32,865 bases of DNA from a virus (taxonomy: Duplodnaviria > Caudoviricetes), in the IMG/VR virus record IMGVR_UViG_3300030708_002331, positions 1 to 32,865 of that record. The stretch is one strand, 5' to 3'. Position 1 is the stretch's first letter. Every line of letters begins with the position of its first letter. The position numbers and the translations under genes are program-made. Shown one piece after another: positions 29,566 to 32,865 of this stretch. The notes under the pieces were generated by a model. It was not told where the DNA came from. It made no database searches and saw only the letters and a list, made by a program, of their open reading frames with translations.

Positions 29566-29811
29566 CTAAAAACTCAACCATTTGGATTTATCCTTCTTAG
29601 GTTTCATACCCTCTAGCTTAGAAACGTAAACAGCTAAGTCCCATTCATTATCTATCTTTAGTTTCTGTAAGATTCTTTGCTTGTATGTGCTTATTGTCTT
29701 CGGACTTAAATTCAAGTCGAATGCAATTTGTTTGTTCATCATACCATCTTTCATCTTTAGTAGTACTTGAGACTCTCTTCGAGATAAGTTCATTATTTTC
29801 TTGGCTGCCAT
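29566..29811 (-). CDS. Stand-alone LuxR/GerE-family helix-turn-helix transcription regulator
   Basis: LSRRESQVL...GMMNKQIAFDLNLSPKTISTYKQRILQKL is a canonical LuxR C-terminal HTH; AAGGAG RBS; no receiver domain. Confidence 0.9.
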   Translation of the reverse strand: MAAKKIMNLSRRESQVLLKMKDGMMNKQIAFDLNLSPKTISTYKQRILQKLKIDNEWDLAVYVSKLEGMKPKKDKSKWLSF

Positions 29812-29839
29812 TCCTAGCTCCTTGTATTCTTTTCATTAC

Positions 29840-29868
29840 ATTATAGTAAAACCAATTTAACATCACAA
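29840..29868 (-). promoter_or_regulatory. Sigma70-type promoter for the LuxR-HTH gene
   Basis: Minus strand reads TTGTGA-17 nt-TATAAT, about 30 nt upstream of the ATG and just upstream of an AAGGAG RBS. Confidence 0.65.
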
Positions 29869-30171
29869 CCCCTGGTCTAAAATAACAAACATTAGATCAC
29901 CTGTCTTATGATGGATATCGACCATAATACTGCTATGATGTTCTTCTAAAAGTCTTTTCCATGCTTTTAAACTCTTAGGTAGTTCTACACTTTTTTCCAT
30001 ATCGTATTTTTTTATTAACTCTTCTTCATAAGCTTTAGCTTTCTCAGTAACATCTGACATGTCTCCACCTGCTTCAAAGAGTCTATCAAATCCTTCTTTC
30101 CACTCATCTAAAAATTTTTTAGCGTCTCCCTCATCTACTGGATTTCCTGATTGTTTAATGATCGTAACCAT
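29863..30171 (-). CDS. Hypothetical protein
   Basis: 102 aa, RBS-like AGGAG/GAGG upstream, short overlap with the upstream gene. Confidence 0.7.
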   Translation of the reverse strand: MVTIIKQSGNPVDEGDAKKFLDEWKEGFDRLFEAGGDMSDVTEKAKAYEEELIKKYDMEKSVELPKSLKAWKRLLEEHHSSIMVDIHHKTGDLMFVILDQGL

Positions 30172-30673
30172 CCTCTATCTCCTTTAAGTATAGGGCTACT
30201 TTTGAGTGTCTGTATCTTGGAACTCGACATTCACCCCATTTGTTTATTTCTCTAGCTCTTATTATTTTTAATATTGTAACCTCTAGTTTGTCAAGGTCAA
30301 CACATGTCAATACTAAAAAATCAAAGGGTGTAGCATTTCTAACTATCTGGTCTGACCTCTGGAATAACCAAGAGTGACCATACTTTCTAACTGATTCTTT
30401 AGATTGACTCTTAACATGAATCCTCATGTTTCCTAACTTCAAGTCTGCACTATATGACTTCTTACTTCTTTCATAGATAGTAAAGTCTGGTTTCCTAGAC
30501 TTGAAGAACTTACAAGCTCCGACTTCAGCTAGTTTGCCTATGATAATATCCTCTCTCATTTTTAGTTTGGAGGATTCTCCTCTATATGCGTAAAGTTTTG
30601 CAGAGCCTTTTAGTTGGTCATCTGCAAACTTTTCACACTTATTAAGATGGTATTTACTTAGTTTTATTATCAT
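30155..30673 (-). CDS. PD-(D/E)XK-like nuclease-fold protein
   Basis: GKLAEVGAC...ADLKLGNMRIHVKS resembles the G-x-x-[GA]-E...D...[DE]-V-K pattern, with His at the acidic position; ATGA overlap. Confidence 0.5.
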   Translation of the reverse strand: MIIKLSKYHLNKCEKFADDQLKGSAKLYAYRGESSKLKMREDIIIGKLAEVGACKFFKSRKPDFTIYERSKKSYSADLKLGNMRIHVKSQSKESVRKYGHSWLFQRSDQIVRNATPFDFLVLTCVDLDKLEVTILKIIRAREINKWGECRVPRYRHSKVALYLKEIEDGYDH

Positions 30674-30984
30674 AACATAACCAATATTGTCAATACAGCT
30701 AGTATTCCGTTGAGTATTTTACTGAAAGAGGCATCTGCCTCCTTCTTAACTATGTAGGTTTTCTGCTCATTTATCAGCTCCTTTTGTTTCTTTATTACTA
30801 CTTTCTGACTTTCTATCGCCTTCTTCTGATCCTTCGCTACCTCCACGCAGTTCTCTAGCATCTGTACGCACGGTTGACAGTCCTCTGCGCTTAAGGTCTG
30901 ACTTATAGGCATTATACTTAGCCATGAAATCATCATAACCTTTATTAGCATGTTTGACTTCTTCATCTGCTTTTTGGCTTGCAT
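30670..30984 (-). CDS. Secreted/membrane coiled-coil protein, overlapped partner (spanin-like)
   Basis: Signal-peptide-like MKKSNMLIKVMMISWLSIMPISQTLSA (start 30984 or 30966), three Cys, coiled coil, C-terminal hydrophobic ILNGILAVLTILVML; ATGA-coupled to the downstream gene. Confidence 0.55.
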   Translation of the reverse strand: MQAKKQMKKSNMLIKVMMISWLSIMPISQTLSAEDCQPCVQMLENCVEVAKDQKKAIESQKVVIKKQKELINEQKTYIVKKEADASFSKILNGILAVLTILVML

Positions 30985-31084
30985 CTTTCACTTCCTCCTC
31001 CAATTTTTTTATTTTAGTTTTTGACATCATATCCTTTAGGAAGGAGATTATGAAATCTACAATCCATTTAATGAGCGTCCGCAA
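30767..31084 (-). CDS. N-terminally anchored coiled-coil protein (i-spanin/Rz-like)
   Basis: TTG start at 31084 with GGAG 6 nt upstream inside the end of polA; MRTLIKWIVDFIISFL then helical KIKKLEEEVKDASQKADEEV; overlaps the next gene by about 200 nt. Confidence 0.5.
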   Translation of the reverse strand: MRTLIKWIVDFIISFLKDMMSKTKIKKLEEEVKDASQKADEEVKHANKGYDDFMAKYNAYKSDLKRRGLSTVRTDARELRGGSEGSEEGDRKSESSNKETKGADK

Positions 31085-32864
31085 AGTTAACTCCGATTTC
31101 AGCCGGAGCCTTAAGTGGCAACGACAATTTATAAACATTCTCCATTAAGAACTGCACAGTCTTTTGCCATTGCTTAGCCTCTGACTTTGGTACTCTGACA
31201 ATAATCTGGTCATGAATTTGAGCACAGACATGTCCATCGACACCTTTACGTTTTAGTTCTCTTGCAATTGCTATACAAGCTCTGTTGGTTATCGAAGCTG
31301 CTAAACTCTGTATCTGAAAGTTCTTACCATTGTTAAGATAGTTAATCATTTCTTTTCTAAGAAACTTAATTTGATTATACCTTTTAGGATCATCATTAAA
31401 CTGTTTCCAAATCTCTAAAGAATCTAGAATATAATCATGATGTCCTTTCCAAATCTTTGGTGCTTTTGGCATATGTCTGATCCTACCTGCCTCTGAAGCT
31501 ACCTGACCTACTTTCTTGACCATATCATCGGTACGTTTCATCCATGACTTTAGATCAGGGTATGCCTCTAGATAGTTTGATACTAGGATCTTAGCATCTG
31601 ATTGTTTAATGTCTAACTGTTTCGAGAGTCCGTAGGCTTCAAGCCCATAGGGGATGCCGAGGCTATAGGCTTTTGCCTTTTGTCTAAGTTGTTTGTTGAC
31701 TCTTCCGAGGTAATTCTTATCGCTTTTAACTGCTGAGACTCCATTGAGCTTTTCAGTAGCAATAGCGATTGTAGAATAGAAATCACAACCGGAACGAAAA
31801 ATATCCTTGAGTCGTTCGTCTCCAGAAACATGAGCAAAGACATGAGGCTCAAGAGACTCGTAGTCACTATCGATAAAAACATAATTTTCTCCTGCGATAA
31901 AAAGTTTTCTAATTTCATTATTATATTTTCTAACTAATTCAGAGGCTTGGTTTTCCTCTAAAGGTCTTGGTAGTTGTTGTAGGTCTGAACCATAACGCCC
32001 ACTAACTGTCTTATGTTGTTGAAAAGATGGATAAAATACTCCATTCTCTTGGTTATCTAATATCCTATCTATGTAAGTTCCCTTTATCTTGTTTAATTTA
32101 TTGTAGTCTCTTAATAAAGAAGCCCATTTATACTTGTTCGCCATAGAGTCTAAGAAGTTATCATCTACTTGAGGATTACCTTTGTCGGTCTTAGATAAAG
32201 GTTCTTCTCCTAGAGTCTCAAAGAATAGTTTCTTTAAATGATGTTTCGAGGACAGATTAAACATGTAACCTTTTATCATAGTTAATTGTATTTCTCTAAC
32301 CACATCATTAGGTAAGTATCCACCCTTTATTAAGAATGTTTTATAAATAGAGTCCTCAAGAGACTCCAGAGCCTTCTTTGATAATGAGAAGGCTCCAGAG
32401 CCAGTTTGAGGTAGAGACAGGTTCGCATATTTTACGAGGGCTTGGGCAAACGGACCTGTCCTGCTAGGTGAAAAGTTTTTCCAAAGATACCAAGGCTCAA
32501 ATACTTTTTCTAACAAGGGGGAAATTAGAGTTTGTATTTGGTTTTCTAACTTAGCTATATCACCTTGGATATCAACCTGTAGTCGCTTTAGGTTCTCGAC
32601 ATCTACTGGAATCCCTTTCAACTCCATTGGTATAGTTACTGTTTTATATAATGGCATAACTTCATCATCAAAGAAAAACTTCTTAAGTTTCTTATCCATC
32701 TTGGTTACGAAGTTAAATGCTAATCTAAAAGTTAAATGGCAATCCTGAATACAGTATTTACCCATTATCTCTTTATCTGCTTTATAGTATTGTGTCTTTG
32801 TTCCACCGTTAACTTTGATGGACTCTAATAAATCTTTTTGTTCTTTCTTCTCTTGGTCTCCATA
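31068..32864 (-). CDS. polA: Family A DNA polymerase (5'-truncated at the window edge)
   Basis: Frame open to the window end; ExoIII YCIQD, TVSGRYGS, motif A DSDYESLEPH, motif B RQKAKAYSLGIPYG, NFQIQS, motif C QIHDQI. Confidence 0.95.
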   Translation of the reverse strand, partial: YGDQEKKEQKDLLESIKVNGGTKTQYYKADKEIMGKYCIQDCHLTFRLAFNFVTKMDKKLKKFFFDDEVMPLYKTVTIPMELKGIPVDVENLKRLQVDIQGDIAKLENQIQTLISPLLEKVFEPWYLWKNFSPSRTGPFAQALVKYANLSLPQTGSGAFSLSKKALESLEDSIYKTFLIKGGYLPNDVVREIQLTMIKGYMFNLSSKHHLKKLFFETLGEEPLSKTDKGNPQVDDNFLDSMANKYKWASLLRDYNKLNKIKGTYIDRILDNQENGVFYPSFQQHKTVSGRYGSDLQQLPRPLEENQASELVRKYNNEIRKLFIAGENYVFIDSDYESLEPHVFAHVSGDERLKDIFRSGCDFYSTIAIATEKLNGVSAVKSDKNYLGRVNKQLRQKAKAYSLGIPYGLEAYGLSKQLDIKQSDAKILVSNYLEAYPDLKSWMKRTDDMVKKVGQVASEAGRIRHMPKAPKIWKGHHDYILDSLEIWKQFNDDPKRYNQIKFLRKEMINYLNNGKNFQIQSLAASITNRACIAIARELKRKGVDGHVCAQIHDQIIVRVPKSEAKQWQKTVQFLMENVYKLSLPLKAPAEIGVNFADAH

Positions 32865-32865
32865 G

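Noticed and set aside
29648-29866. 72-aa minus-strand ORF overlapping the LuxR HTH gene
   Set aside because: Out of frame with a clearly conserved gene and spans its promoter; no recognisable features.

Overview
The whole window is part of a low-GC (roughly 35% by eye) tailed dsDNA phage genome (Caudoviricetes) with a podovirus-type, P22/T7-like gene order. The + strand (1-29.5 kb) carries the late module: terminase large subunit (truncated at the left edge), portal, scaffold, major capsid protein, adaptor, tail nozzle, a GNAT-fold protein, three large internal/ejection proteins, fibre/appendage proteins with a chaperone, a run of small Lys/Arg-rich proteins and a RusA-like resolvase. The - strand (29.5-32.9 kb) carries the end of a replication arm: family A DNA polymerase (truncated at the right edge), an overlapping spanin-like gene pair, a PD-(D/E)XK-like protein and a stand-alone LuxR/GerE HTH. 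No tRNA, rRNA, CRISPR array or integrase was seen. Main observations: (1) a recurring fixed-spacing motif (A)ATATAAT-A-N5-ACAA-N3-TAG at five late-module gene junctions, a probable phage-specific late promoter with no -35 box; (2) a short linear motif [FYMK]-x-x-G-G-x-[hydrophobic] in at least 13 copies in internal virion proteins and a small basic protein, bracketing discrete basic mini-domains, which suggests a GG-based polyprotein-processing or capsid-cargo-targeting system; (3) a possible dual start giving a signal-peptide form of an M15-peptidase-like virion protein; (4) a Leu762/HDQ polymerase; (5) apparent GGCC avoidance. Product calls rest on motifs and gene order; no database searches were run.
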